From: Candidatus Omnitrophota bacterium
GTDB lineage: Bacteria; Omnitrophota; Gorgyraeia; Duberdicusellales; 4484-171
Length of the DNA stretch: 64,000 nucleotides
NCBI GenBank assembly: GCA_043815185.1
Contig: JBDRJF010000024.1
Span: 533 to 64,532, forward strand
Direction: 5' to 3'
Shown here in pieces: positions 38,481 to 48,355 of the stretch. Made by a program: the position numbers and the translations under genes. The notes below the pieces were generated by a model. The model had not been told where the DNA came from and made no database searches. It was given only the letters and a program-made list of their open reading frames with translations. Position 1 is the first letter of the stretch, and each line of letters begins with the position of its first letter.

Positions 38481-39965
38481 TTACTGCTTACTGATCAATA
38501 ATCGATTTTTCAGCAATCCCTTTAAACAACTAGAGAATCGTGCCGGATAAAGCCTGAAATAACAACTGTAAATTTCCCAATAAAAATTAGCATAGGTAAA
38601 AAATCGGTTTCGTGCTAATTTTAACAAGAATGCCACGATAAAATAAAGAAACGGAAATCCCACGATTATTGGAAAAAGCTTACCTAGATTAGCAGTGTCT
38701 CGCCGTTGCCGATCTTCCTTGACCGCCGGTTCCCCGACCCGCAAAAAGGAGAGCTTTCGTTTAAAATGCCCCGAGGCACTCACAACAAGCTTATTTAATA
38801 AACCTATAGAAGCCGGGGGATGAAAATCGGCAAATTTCGCATAATTTCCTTCACTTACTCCCGAATCACTGCCGACGTTAGTTCCCGGATACGCCGCCAG
38901 TAATCCAACTTTGGCGTAATCAACCTGGCACTGGATATTTAATTTAAGCGTCTTTAAATCTGACGATAATGAACCACCGGGGATGCCAATTATATTAGTG
39001 CCAATCAATCTTATGCCGTTGGACTTTAAGAGTTTCGCTTTCTTTATAATCTCCTGGCTTGTCATATCGCGACGCAGAATGTCTTTCCGCAAACCATCAT
39101 CACCTGTTTCAATGCCAAATAGTACCGTATGACAACCAGCCCTTGTTAAATAGTGCACAATCTCTTGTGTAATGAGATTAATCCGAACGTAACAAGAAAA
39201 AGGAATATTAACTTCTTTACGATATTTTACCGAAAACTCTTTAAGCCAATCCGGCAGAAGGATAAAGATATCATCTACAAATAAAACAAACTCAACCGCT
39301 ATCTTCTCTTGCGCTTGCTTAATTTCTTTAATCACATTGTCCACGCTGCGGCGCCGGTACTTCCGTGCCACGTCTTTATATAAAAGATCGGTTGCTCTGT
39401 TATGGCAGTAGGGGCAGCTATAATCACAACCTCTGCTTGTCATTACTGTTATCCTGTTGTAAAAAAACGGCGACTTTTGGGTAAAAAGACTTCGGTCAGG
39501 AAACGGTAAAATGTCCAAATTACCGATGAGGGAACGCAAAGGATTTCGATATATCTCTCCGTTTATTTTGATCCATAAATTCTTTACCCGGGTTATATCT
39601 TCGCCGTTATCCAGATGTTCAACCAATTCTACAAGGGGGTATTCTCCTTCCCCTATACACACAGCATCAACCCCTTCTCTCTCAATAATATCAGGACATC
39701 CGGTTGGATGATGCCCTCCGAATATAGAAAACGTATTGCAGTCATTCTTGATTTGTTGATTCAACTCTAAATAATAATCTGCATAAAAAGATGGGGTACT
39801 ATAGGCTAATAGCGTAGGAATATTGTCCTGCAGCTTACTTTTTACTACCTTATATTCTGCCTTCACTAATTCGGTTGTATGCCCCTGCAGTCTAAGCATA
39901 CTCGCCAAGTACATCGCACCCAAATTCTCATCCTCTATTTCTTTAAAAGGGAATAAAACTCTCAT
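38481..39965 (-). CDS. B12-binding-domain radical SAM protein with C-terminal membrane segment
   Basis: 494 aa with an N-terminal B12-binding-like Rossmann region and CDYSCPYC. A hydrophobic stretch PIIVGFPFLYFIVAFLL lies near the C-terminus. Confidence 0.85.
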   Translation of the reverse strand: MRVLFPFKEIEDENLGAMYLASMLRLQGHTTELVKAEYKVVKSKLQDNIPTLLAYSTPSFYADYYLELNQQIKNDCNTFSIFGGHHPTGCPDIIEREGVDAVCIGEGEYPLVELVEHLDNGEDITRVKNLWIKINGEIYRNPLRSLIGNLDILPFPDRSLFTQKSPFFYNRITVMTSRGCDYSCPYCHNRATDLLYKDVARKYRRRSVDNVIKEIKQAQEKIAVEFVLFVDDIFILLPDWLKEFSVKYRKEVNIPFSCYVRINLITQEIVHYLTRAGCHTVLFGIETGDDGLRKDILRRDMTSQEIIKKAKLLKSNGIRLIGTNIIGIPGGSLSSDLKTLKLNIQCQVDYAKVGLLAAYPGTNVGSDSGVSEGNYAKFADFHPPASIGLLNKLVVSASGHFKRKLSFLRVGEPAVKEDRQRRDTANLGKLFPIIVGFPFLYFIVAFLLKLARNRFFTYANFYWEIYSCYFRLYPARFSSCLKGLLKNRLLISKQ

Positions 39966-41005
39966 TGTATTATTTTAACAGGTAATCCTTTATGTTTATC
40001 AGTGTTATCTATAAATTGCTTTCTAAAATACTCGTTAGATATAATACACTCTCCTTTATCTGCTATCCGATACAAAGCATGATTGGTCATTATCTGCCAA
40101 ATATTTCTTAACGGCTCACTACGCACATTGCCAAAGTAAAGAGGAACAAAGATGCAGGGTTGCACCTCCCCATATGGCGATACATAACAAATTTTTTTTA
40201 ATGCACTATTACATTCCATGCCTGTATTTAAAACACCTTCGACAAAAACATATGTAGGATCTAAAAGCGAAGCAACATACAATCTTTCTTCTTTCGACAA
40301 TTGCACCTCCGGGCAGTGTAGCCATTTTCCGACAGGAGTTGCTAAAGTGATCTTAACCCCTTTTGCTCCTAAGGTACGGGCTAAAATGATGATTTTTTCG
40401 ATCTCTTTATTATGTATATTTTCCTTAGTAGCACATACTGAAACAAAAACTGAAATGCCAAATGTACCGCAGGCCTTTATTGCCTTAATAGTTTTATCAA
40501 AACATCCTTCAGCCCGGCGCAGTTGGTGATGATGCTCAGCCTCAGCACCATCAAGGCTAATATTTATAAAAGTAAGGCCTGCTCTCTTTAGCTCAGATAA
40601 CATCGTTGTAGTTAAAAGTAACCCGTTGGTATTAATTGCTATAACAAGCCCCTCGCTGGCAACAAAGTTAACTAATTCACAGATATCCTCCCGAAGGAGC
40701 GGTTCTCCGCCTGAGAAAACAATAAAATATACTCCTAATCGATGAGCTTGGCGAATCACGCCTTTTATTTCTTCCTTAGAGAGTTCTTCTTGACCAGATT
40801 TACGACAATTCTCAATTCCACAATGAGAACAATCTAATTGACACCTGTATGTTACGCCAAGAACAAGCGAACTTGGAAATCTCCGAGAAATAAAATAATT
40901 TTTCAATTTATGATATACCACATGTGTCTTTTTAGCTAAAGCCAGCGGCTTGAGAAATATATTCCAGTAATACTTTTTCTTGGCAAACTGTGTACTAATA
41001 CTCAT
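39962..41005 (-). CDS. Radical SAM protein with SPASM/twitch-like C-terminal domain
   Basis: 347 aa with CQLDCSHC, SGGEPLL, NTNG and the C-terminal C..YVSPYGEVQPC...C motif. Confidence 0.85.
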   Translation of the reverse strand: MSISTQFAKKKYYWNIFLKPLALAKKTHVVYHKLKNYFISRRFPSSLVLGVTYRCQLDCSHCGIENCRKSGQEELSKEEIKGVIRQAHRLGVYFIVFSGGEPLLREDICELVNFVASEGLVIAINTNGLLLTTTMLSELKRAGLTFINISLDGAEAEHHHQLRRAEGCFDKTIKAIKACGTFGISVFVSVCATKENIHNKEIEKIIILARTLGAKGVKITLATPVGKWLHCPEVQLSKEERLYVASLLDPTYVFVEGVLNTGMECNSALKKICYVSPYGEVQPCIFVPLYFGNVRSEPLRNIWQIMTNHALYRIADKGECIISNEYFRKQFIDNTDKHKGLPVKIIQ

Positions 41006-41013
41006 GGTATGAT

Positions 41014-41835
41014 CTATTTAACACACTTTATCGCGATAAACCAGCCGGTTAAGAATTTAATTCTTTGTTTGCTGCCTAACCATTGAGCGAATGATACATA
41101 CCTTTCTGCAAGTTTATCGACAACTTTCGTACTTAAGAACTTTCTCAACAACAATAAAACGTTATTAATCGGGCTCAGGATATGCACAATATAACTTGCA
41201 TCTTTAATAGATAAGTTTATTTCTTTACATATTTTTCTCAGTTGAGCAAGGTTAAAAAATTGCACCGGAAATGGTTTTAATCCTAATATCCGTTCAAGTT
41301 TCAACATCACGAAAAAACTGGGATTACACTTGTTATTAAGTGTCAGAATCATACAACCTGTTGGTTTTATCACTCTTTTGAGTTCGAGCAGAGACTTTTT
41401 AAAATCGCCCTCATTAGTAAAATGGTCAAGGGTTGATGTAGATAATATAAGGTCAAATGCGTTATCCCTAAAAGGCAACTTCCTAACATCAGCATTGATA
41501 TAATCATGCCTAAAGCCTTTATCTACTTGTCTCATACGGGCTTTTTGAACCGTTGCCGTACAAATATCCAAAGCACATATTTGCGAATCAGTAACGGGCA
41601 AAGAAAAGAGTATTTGATCTTCGCCAAAAGCTTCTTCACGAAGGTCAGTTTTAAGTATCCTTTTCCCTTCCAAATTCCCTATCCAGCATGCTACTAAATA
41701 TATAAATTCATCAGCTTTATATCTCCCTAAAGCTAAATCCATAGGAAGTTTCTCTGAACTGTGTACGTAATCATCATTCCATATTTGTTTATCTGCGGGT
41801 TCATTTCGCGCCTTCTTGTAAGGATAGCCTTCCAT
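41014..41835 (-). CDS. Class I SAM-dependent methyltransferase
   Basis: 273 aa with DVRKLPFRDNAFDLILSTSTLDHF and LKRVIKPTGCMILT (Methyltransf_11-like post-I/II/III motifs). Motif I is degenerate. Confidence 0.65.
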   Translation of the reverse strand: MEGYPYKKARNEPADKQIWNDDYVHSSEKLPMDLALGRYKADEFIYLVACWIGNLEGKRILKTDLREEAFGEDQILFSLPVTDSQICALDICTATVQKARMRQVDKGFRHDYINADVRKLPFRDNAFDLILSTSTLDHFTNEGDFKKSLLELKRVIKPTGCMILTLNNKCNPSFFVMLKLERILGLKPFPVQFFNLAQLRKICKEINLSIKDASYIVHILSPINNVLLLLRKFLSTKVVDKLAERYVSFAQWLGSKQRIKFLTGWFIAIKCVK

Positions 41836-41836
41836 T

Positions 41837-42403
41837 TTATATATTATTACTTACCGCCTTTGTGTAACACCAATTTAACCAAGGTATCTTAACATAGACC
41901 ATTTTCCTTTCTTCTGTAAAGCCAATTTTTTCAAATGCCCGTCGGGCGGATGTGTTATTTACAGAAACAAGAGCCGCTACCCGTTGGTACTTGCTCTTTT
42001 CAATAAATCTTAACCGCTCCACAGTTAACGCTGCATGAATTTCTTTGCCGCGAAAATTCGGCAGAATATAATCACCGAAAATAAATGCAGTCTCTTTTGG
42101 CAACTTAATATCCGCATCCGGTTGGAAACTAAGCCATGAATAACCGACAATGTCATCATCCTTTAATGCGATGAAACATCGCTTACCTTGCGCTAAGTTC
42201 CTCTTGAGCTCATTTGCCTTGCGCACACTAATTCGCTCTTGTAACCTCAGCTCATCAATATCTGCAATCTGCTTAACGCCGATATTATTCCTTAGCGAAT
42301 ATCCTGTGGGGATGTTTGATATCGGCCTCCCGATCAAGAAATAGCGTTGATAAAAAAATAATGGCGAGAATAATAAGCTCGCAAAAATCAATAAAAACTG
42401 CAA
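41837..42403 (-). CDS. GNAT-family acyltransferase (minimal call from TTG; real 5' end probably further upstream)
   Basis: 188 aa with NFRGKEIHAAL and NNTSARRAFEKIGF (GNAT motifs A/B). See the entry for 42404..42820. Confidence 0.7.
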   Translation of the reverse strand: MQFLLIFASLLFSPLFFYQRYFLIGRPISNIPTGYSLRNNIGVKQIADIDELRLQERISVRKANELKRNLAQGKRCFIALKDDDIVGYSWLSFQPDADIKLPKETAFIFGDYILPNFRGKEIHAALTVERLRFIEKSKYQRVAALVSVNNTSARRAFEKIGFTEERKMVYVKIPWLNWCYTKAVSNNI

Positions 42404-42820
42404 AAATCCCTCATGCCTGATTGTTACCAGGGCTCCTCTATACAGATATTTGATCTTTCTGAAACTATTGCGTGTGAATGCTATTATTTTGCTATCCCTC
42501 TTCTTCCACCCTTCTCCAAAATCTAAACGGCGATAAAATAGAAACCGGTCGATACAATGTTTACCTATTGTTCTTTTGAAACATCCTCTATTTGGAACAA
42601 TATCCGGCCTATTTAATAACGCACTGCTGTCAATCCTGGGAAGGCAGCCGAAAATTACAACCTTTGTTTCTGCCCTCTTCTTTTTCTGAAAAGTATTGAA
42701 TATGTAATTAATACTCCTGTCTTCTCGGGCTTTGGCTACTCCACGGCTAACAACGACTACATAATCAGCTTCCCTTACCTTTTCGGTAATAAAATATCCG
42801 TTTACTTTAATTTTTGCCTT
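42404..42820 (-). other. 139-codon stop-free frame, contiguous and in frame with the GNAT ORF but lacking any ATG/GTG/TTG
   Basis: I translated it codon by codon as KAKIKVNGYFITEKVREADYVVVVSRGVAKAR...KVVIFGCLPRID...RHEGF, running directly into TTG 42403. The only plausible initiator is ATT at 42811..42809, which overlaps the upstream TAA stop (AATTAAA). That start would give a 324-aa protein beginning MKVNGYF. Confidence 0.4.
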
Positions 42821-44411
42821 TCAATGAGAATAAATCAACGTAAATACCGTCACAATAAAAACTACCTATATTTTTAAATCTTTTATGTGCTCTCTCTCTG
42901 ACAGCATTAGCGTGATCTGATAATTCTCCATCCCGCCGCCAACCAGCTGATATTAGCCACATTCTCGCATCATAATATTCTTCCCTTAAACCAAAGACCT
43001 TTGTTTCATAATAAAATGGGCTCGCCGCAGAACGGCGGGCAACGCTTTTTTTCGAAGGGGTATATATTTTTTTCCAATAATTATCCTGTTGTTCTTCCGG
43101 AATCAGTAAGTATTTTTGATCAATATTTACATCGCGTAAGTAGTACAGGAATGAAGGCAATGTGTTAACGCCAGAATGAGCAATGAAATCTCCGGCTTGC
43201 TTTCTTTCTTTTATATATTTTATTATTGGCTCAAACGGCTTCTTTGGCGATACTCCATAGCAAAAATTTGAAAGAGTAATGTTTACCCCCTGATAATAAT
43301 TAAGCAATGAAAAAACCATCATCGTTACGGCCACTGCTAAAATAAACCAACGGATTATCTTATATGGTATATTAAAAATAGCGGAGCTTAAAATAACATA
43401 AAAGAAAGGAGAAAATATTATTAGGTATCTCACGACATAAATTGGAATATACTGGCTGAAAACAAACATGCCTCCTAAGGGAAATATCGTGCATCCCAGC
43501 AATAAAAGCCTCTCTTTATCCCGTCCATAACGCAAACACCATATGATTATTGCCAGGGAAAAAATAACAGCGGATAAAATTAATTGACAAACACTGCTAT
43601 TATAACCCAAGAGAAAATTACCTAATGTTATAAATATGATATTTAGGTTTGGTTGTTTTACCCAAAAGCCATCCTTAACCTCCAAGATTTGCTGCCAAGC
43701 AATCGAAAATAACGGCAAGCAAAACAGGACCATTAACAACAAAACGCTAACTATCTTTGCTAAATTAACTCTTTTAGATGATAAGTAAAAAATACTTGCC
43801 GGCAGCAATAATAATATTGAAAAGTAGTTAAGGTAAACACTGGTTAAAGAAATGATTAGTATACCAAACAGCCACCAGTGCGGATTCCTCTTTGATTCCG
43901 CAGCCGCAAGGAATACAAAAACCATACCAAGTGAAAAAAACACGGACAAGGCGTATAATCTTACCTCCTGTGCATACCAAATATGAAATGGGGAAACAGC
44001 TAATATTAAGGCGCTAAGCAATCCTACTCGCGAACCGCCGAGCCGTTTACCTATAATAAAAATCAAAGGAATGGAAGCTGTCCCGAAAACCGCGGATAAA
44101 GCTCTTAGCGCGAATTCTCCGTCTCCGAAACAGTTAATCCAAAAATGCAAAATTATGCAATACAAAGGAGGCTGAGAACGCCGTATAATGGTTCCCAAAA
44201 AATGAACTAAATCGGCTGCGGATATCACACTCCAGGCTTCATCAAACCATAAATCAAAATAATCTAAGTGGTAAAACCTTAATACCGCGCCTAAAGCAAT
44301 TAAAGACAAAAGTGTAACCTTGACTAGCCTTTCTCCCCTTATGTCATGAAACAATTTACGCAAAGCAACTTGCATCCTTGAAATACCTCTCATTGAACCA
44401 AAAGCAGCCAC
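42807..44411 (-). CDS. GT-C fold membrane glycosyltransferase (ArnT/PMT, GT39/83-like)
   Basis: 534 aa and polytopic. The first-loop motif WFDEAWS, PPLY, and a soluble C-terminal domain are as in polyprenyl-phosphate-sugar-dependent transferases. Confidence 0.75.
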   Translation of the reverse strand: MAAFGSMRGISRMQVALRKLFHDIRGERLVKVTLLSLIALGAVLRFYHLDYFDLWFDEAWSVISAADLVHFLGTIIRRSQPPLYCIILHFWINCFGDGEFALRALSAVFGTASIPLIFIIGKRLGGSRVGLLSALILAVSPFHIWYAQEVRLYALSVFFSLGMVFVFLAAAESKRNPHWWLFGILIISLTSVYLNYFSILLLLPASIFYLSSKRVNLAKIVSVLLLMVLFCLPLFSIAWQQILEVKDGFWVKQPNLNIIFITLGNFLLGYNSSVCQLILSAVIFSLAIIIWCLRYGRDKERLLLLGCTIFPLGGMFVFSQYIPIYVVRYLIIFSPFFYVILSSAIFNIPYKIIRWFILAVAVTMMVFSLLNYYQGVNITLSNFCYGVSPKKPFEPIIKYIKERKQAGDFIAHSGVNTLPSFLYYLRDVNIDQKYLLIPEEQQDNYWKKIYTPSKKSVARRSAASPFYYETKVFGLREEYYDARMWLISAGWRRDGELSDHANAVRERAHKRFKNIGSFYCDGIYVDLFSLKGKN

Positions 44412-44574
44412 GAATACGGTAATAATCCCATATTTAATAACCCTATTGTTTATATAGTCTATTTTTGTCAGATGTATTATTCTCAGTTTATTTATTCCTA
44501 TTGCAAAACTTCAGCGTTTCTCAAGGTACCAAATACATCTTTAGGCGTTAATACGCAAAAATATTATCGGCTGA

Positions 44575-45753
44575 TTAAACTGTTCTGTTGGTAATTAATG
44601 TTTGTTCATAATACTTTCGCATATTTTTAGCTTCAATATTGGAATCAAACGCGGACACGATTTTTTTTGCCTTTAAACCCAGGCGCTCCCGCATTTCTTT
44701 ATCTCGGAATAATTTAATTATTGCCTCCGCTAATGAATCAGCATCAGCAGGCTTAACTAATAGGCCGCTTTCTTCGTCTATAATCACTTTTCTTGCGCAG
44801 GCAAGGTCACTAAAAATAACAACCTTACCAACAGCCATAGCCTCAAGCAGTGCTAGGGGTAGCCCTTCGTATAAAGATGGTAACACAAAAATATCGCAAA
44901 TTCCTAAAAATTCTTTTATCCTCTGCGGTGCAACAGAACCGGTAAAAATAACCTTACTTTCTAAGTCAAATGTCCTAACTAAATTTTTAATACTTGCTAA
45001 CTCGCCGCAATCAGGGCCCACTATTATCAACTTTAGATTATGTATATTAAAAATATCCTTGATCTTCCTTAAAGCGTATATCAGATGCTTTATGCCTTTC
45101 CTGGGCAATAATCTTACTACAGTAAGCAGCACTATTTCATTAGCTTTTCTATATCTATTTAACAATTCTTTATTGACGGCTATATCTTTATACTTATCTA
45201 TCTGTATACTATTCTCTTGTAATATTAGTTTATCCGCTACATACTTATGGTTAATAATCTTAAGAATCTCGTTTTGTTGAGTTTCCGAAGAAAAAAATAT
45301 TTTATGAGCGGTTTTATACAAAAATCTTCCTATTATTTTATCGTAAATTTTTTTTAATGATTTTAATAATACATTATTCAATTGGTACCCGTAAACGGTA
45401 AGTAAAAAGGGGGTTTTATGTTTTTTTGCATAAAAACAGGCTATATCTGTACTGAATGAACCATATTCAAAAGCATGGATAACGTCAGGTTTTTCTTTCT
45501 TTATGTATGATAAGAACTTAGGGATAATTCGATAAATCTGCAGGGGGTTGCTGGATACTTTAATCGATATCATAGGAAGCGTAATCAACTCATACCCCTC
45601 AATCATGCGCTTCTGCACTTTTCTAGACTTTCCCCCGGCGATAACAACAACTTTATCGGTAAGTGCCAGTTCTGATGCTAAATAGTGGATATGATGCTCG
45701 CGGCCTCCGATGAAATCAGGATAAGCAGTGTGTACTACTAATACTATTTTCAT
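44575..45753 (-). CDS. Glycosyltransferase, GT4 family
   Basis: The MKIVLVVHTAYPDFIGGREHH N-terminus sets the start at the internal ATG 45753. It has the EGLPLALLEAMAVGKVVI E-x7-E motif. Confidence 0.85.
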   Translation of the reverse strand: MKIVLVVHTAYPDFIGGREHHIHYLASELALTDKVVVIAGGKSRKVQKRMIEGYELITLPMISIKVSSNPLQIYRIIPKFLSYIKKEKPDVIHAFEYGSFSTDIACFYAKKHKTPFLLTVYGYQLNNVLLKSLKKIYDKIIGRFLYKTAHKIFFSSETQQNEILKIINHKYVADKLILQENSIQIDKYKDIAVNKELLNRYRKANEIVLLTVVRLLPRKGIKHLIYALRKIKDIFNIHNLKLIIVGPDCGELASIKNLVRTFDLESKVIFTGSVAPQRIKEFLGICDIFVLPSLYEGLPLALLEAMAVGKVVIFSDLACARKVIIDEESGLLVKPADADSLAEAIIKLFRDKEMRERLGLKAKKIVSAFDSNIEAKNMRKYYEQTLITNRTV

Positions 45754-46609
45754 GCATTTTCTGTGCCTTTTTATTAATTGGATAATTATAAACATAAGGA
45801 TTAGTTAACAACAAGAAGAGTATTCGCGGTAAATCGTAAAATAATGCCGGCAATATTTTAACCAAGTATTTCGGAATCCCTTCATTTTTTGCTATAGAAT
45901 AATATCTATTGCGGAAACAGAAAAATTGACGGATTTTTTTGTTAAGTCCACAGCTATCGGAAACATGATAACATTTTAAATTGGGAAACAGGCAAGCTTT
46001 CCAGCCTTTATTGTTAGCTCGCCATGATAAATCGACATCTTCAACCAAGAAAAAGAAACGCTGATCAAAATATCCGGTATTCTCTTTTATATCTTCAAGC
46101 ATTTTACGCCTATAAAAAACGCAGGCGCTGGATGCTCCGAAAATGTGCTTTGGAAAATTATATTTTCCGCAATCAACTTTATTTCTTCCTAGATCACGAA
46201 ACCTTCTAAACCAAGAAAGGTGTAAACCGCAGGAAAAAATTGTTTTTTTATCATATTTTAGGATCTTCGGCTGAAACATGCCTAAATCAGGCTCAGCAAA
46301 ACTAATTATCTTATTGGCCTCAATGAAAAAATTATCTTCTAATATAGTATCGCAATCTAAACATAAAACCCATTCGCTACAGGACAATTCAATCCCTTGA
46401 TTCCTAGCCCGGCATGATCCCAGGTTATCTTCGTTGATGATTAAGCTGGCTTGAGGATAACTTCTTTTAATGATATTTCTGGTATTATCTTGCGAACCAT
46501 TGTCTATAACAATAACCTTAAGCCCGGGGCAGTCTTGCCTGAACACTGAATCCAAGCAGGCTCCGATAAATTTCTCACTGTTAAAGGTGATAACGATTAC
46601 CGAGATCAT
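45716..46609 (-). CDS. Glycosyltransferase, GT2 family
   Basis: 297 aa with ISVIVITFNS and VIVIDNGSQDNT motifs and a DCD (DxD) motif. Confidence 0.85.
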   Translation of the reverse strand: MISVIVITFNSEKFIGACLDSVFRQDCPGLKVIVIDNGSQDNTRNIIKRSYPQASLIINEDNLGSCRARNQGIELSCSEWVLCLDCDTILEDNFFIEANKIISFAEPDLGMFQPKILKYDKKTIFSCGLHLSWFRRFRDLGRNKVDCGKYNFPKHIFGASSACVFYRRKMLEDIKENTGYFDQRFFFLVEDVDLSWRANNKGWKACLFPNLKCYHVSDSCGLNKKIRQFFCFRNRYYSIAKNEGIPKYLVKILPALFYDLPRILFLLLTNPYVYNYPINKKAQKMHENSISSTHCLS

Positions 46610-48210
46610 CCCCTATCCTTTCTAACTTTATAAATATCAAAGTGATACATATCTTTATTTTTATGCTGAATTAGATCTATTTTATCCCATAGCCCAATAT
46701 CTTTTAGATACTGTTTGTAAAACTTTTTACCCTCTACATCTACATTGTCTTTATGCATAAATTGCCCATCACTATAAAATAAGAAAATCCAATCTATCTT
46801 TTCTGATTCCACAATATCATCCAAAAGCAAATCATGGTTAAATAAATTCTGGCCATAATAGATTCTATATCTTGAATCCTTAAGGCTATCTGACAATTTA
46901 TTTAGGTTCTCTAAGTTCTCAGACACCTGCTGAAAATATTGCGGCCCACAAAAATAATATACAAAAATAGGAACAAAATCAGGTTGTTCAATATAAATAA
47001 GCGCTATATCATCTTTGGGTAAAGGGAATTCTGCCATTTGCTTAGACATACGGGCAATTGTAGCCTGCCAGAAATCATGAAAATTCTGTGAATCAACCGA
47101 GGGGGCATCATAGACATAGAGACTTGATAAAGAAACAAGAGACAAAATACCAAAAATGAAATTACCCCTCATTTTACTCGATCGATGGATAATAAAAGCC
47201 GCAAATACAAAAAGGGGAAAGACAAAAGGCAATAAATATCTTATCCTGTAAGGGTCTACTACTTTATAAGTTATAGCATTAATAATAAGAGCCGGAATAA
47301 CAAGAATCAACCAGAGAGCTAAAAGCTCTTTTCTGCTATTACCTTTCTTTTTAAGTAATATAAACAAATGAACAGTTGCCCAAAGCAATAATCCCCCATA
47401 GAGAAGAAGAGGTACTTCATTGCCAAAAAGTCCGTAAGAAAACCTTTCCCAAACAACTTCAAAAATACTATAATTACGATCTGTCTGCAATATTGGTTCA
47501 GCCGCAACATGTTCAAGAAATCTGGGAACCCATGGAATAAATAATAAAAAAGCGCTTAACAGCCAGCCCCATATTTTAAGTAAATTCTTACGTTCAACAA
47601 ATATAGCCGCCAAGATGATTTCTAAAATAATCACAAAAGCGCCAAAATAGAAAGTATATAATATCATTGCGTTGACCAGCAATAATCCTAATAAATATCT
47701 CAAACTAATCCGGTTTAACTTTATCATTCTAAAAAAAAGATAAAAAGATAGCATTGCCAGCATATTCCAGAAAGAATAACAGCGGATCATTTTGGCGTAG
47801 ATGTTGTAACAATTATTCAAAGAAACCAAGAAAACTGTGATTAAAGCCACCTCCCTGCTTAACAAATTTTTGATCAATAAAAACATTAGATACAAACTAG
47901 TGACATGAAAAATTATAGAAAGCAGCCTGGGAAAAAATAAATTCCCTGAAGGATTCCAGAAAAAATGAAGAATAGTCTCATATAAAGGCGGCATTATACT
48001 TAAATAATAATTATGCATATCCGCCTGAGACAGCCAAATTTGCAATAAAGATCTTTGCGCTAAGGTAATACTATAAAATTCATCTACGAACATAGGGCAA
48101 TCTTTCCAACGGTATAAACCTAAGACAAAAGCCATAAATAAAATAGCTCCTAATAGCCAGTTCCTCTTAACTGCATCAAAAAAAATCTGAATATTAATCT
48201 TTTTGATCAT
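46606..48210 (-). CDS. GT-C fold membrane glycosyltransferase (ArnT/PMT-like), paralog of 42807..44411
   Basis: It is also exactly 534 aa, with the first-loop FVDEFYS, PPLY, the same topology and a soluble C-terminal domain. Confidence 0.7.
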   Translation of the reverse strand: MIKKINIQIFFDAVKRNWLLGAILFMAFVLGLYRWKDCPMFVDEFYSITLAQRSLLQIWLSQADMHNYYLSIMPPLYETILHFFWNPSGNLFFPRLLSIIFHVTSLYLMFLLIKNLLSREVALITVFLVSLNNCYNIYAKMIRCYSFWNMLAMLSFYLFFRMIKLNRISLRYLLGLLLVNAMILYTFYFGAFVIILEIILAAIFVERKNLLKIWGWLLSAFLLFIPWVPRFLEHVAAEPILQTDRNYSIFEVVWERFSYGLFGNEVPLLLYGGLLLWATVHLFILLKKKGNSRKELLALWLILVIPALIINAITYKVVDPYRIRYLLPFVFPLFVFAAFIIHRSSKMRGNFIFGILSLVSLSSLYVYDAPSVDSQNFHDFWQATIARMSKQMAEFPLPKDDIALIYIEQPDFVPIFVYYFCGPQYFQQVSENLENLNKLSDSLKDSRYRIYYGQNLFNHDLLLDDIVESEKIDWIFLFYSDGQFMHKDNVDVEGKKFYKQYLKDIGLWDKIDLIQHKNKDMYHFDIYKVRKDRG

Positions 48211-48355
48211 TTTCTAAATTTCAAACCTATTTCATTTTCTCAAAAAATGCAGGCCTTTTCTAATCAAGCTATAAAAATGGTATTTTGTTTTTATCTTTCT
48301 AATATATCCCATTACATAACCTGTATGAATTTTCGGCTATTGTAAGTTAAGCTGG

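Noticed and set aside
42807-42823. Programmed +1 frameshift or homopolymer indel fusing the GT-C gene to the downstream start-less frame through the AAAAA run
   Set aside because: The GT-C protein and its paralog (46606..48210) are both exactly 534 aa with comparable C-terminal domains, so the upstream gene looks complete. A fusion is therefore less likely than ATT reinitiation or gene decay. Read-level inspection is still advisable.
13032-45795. N-terminal extensions in track ORFs for glgA (to 14468), pgk (to 23951), tpiA (to 22664), the WecA-like gene (to 31378) and GT4 (to 45795)
   Set aside because: In each case an internal ATG yields the canonical family N-terminus. That ATG either has a good SD or forms an ATGA/TGATG overlap with the upstream stop codon, so the shorter coordinates were used.
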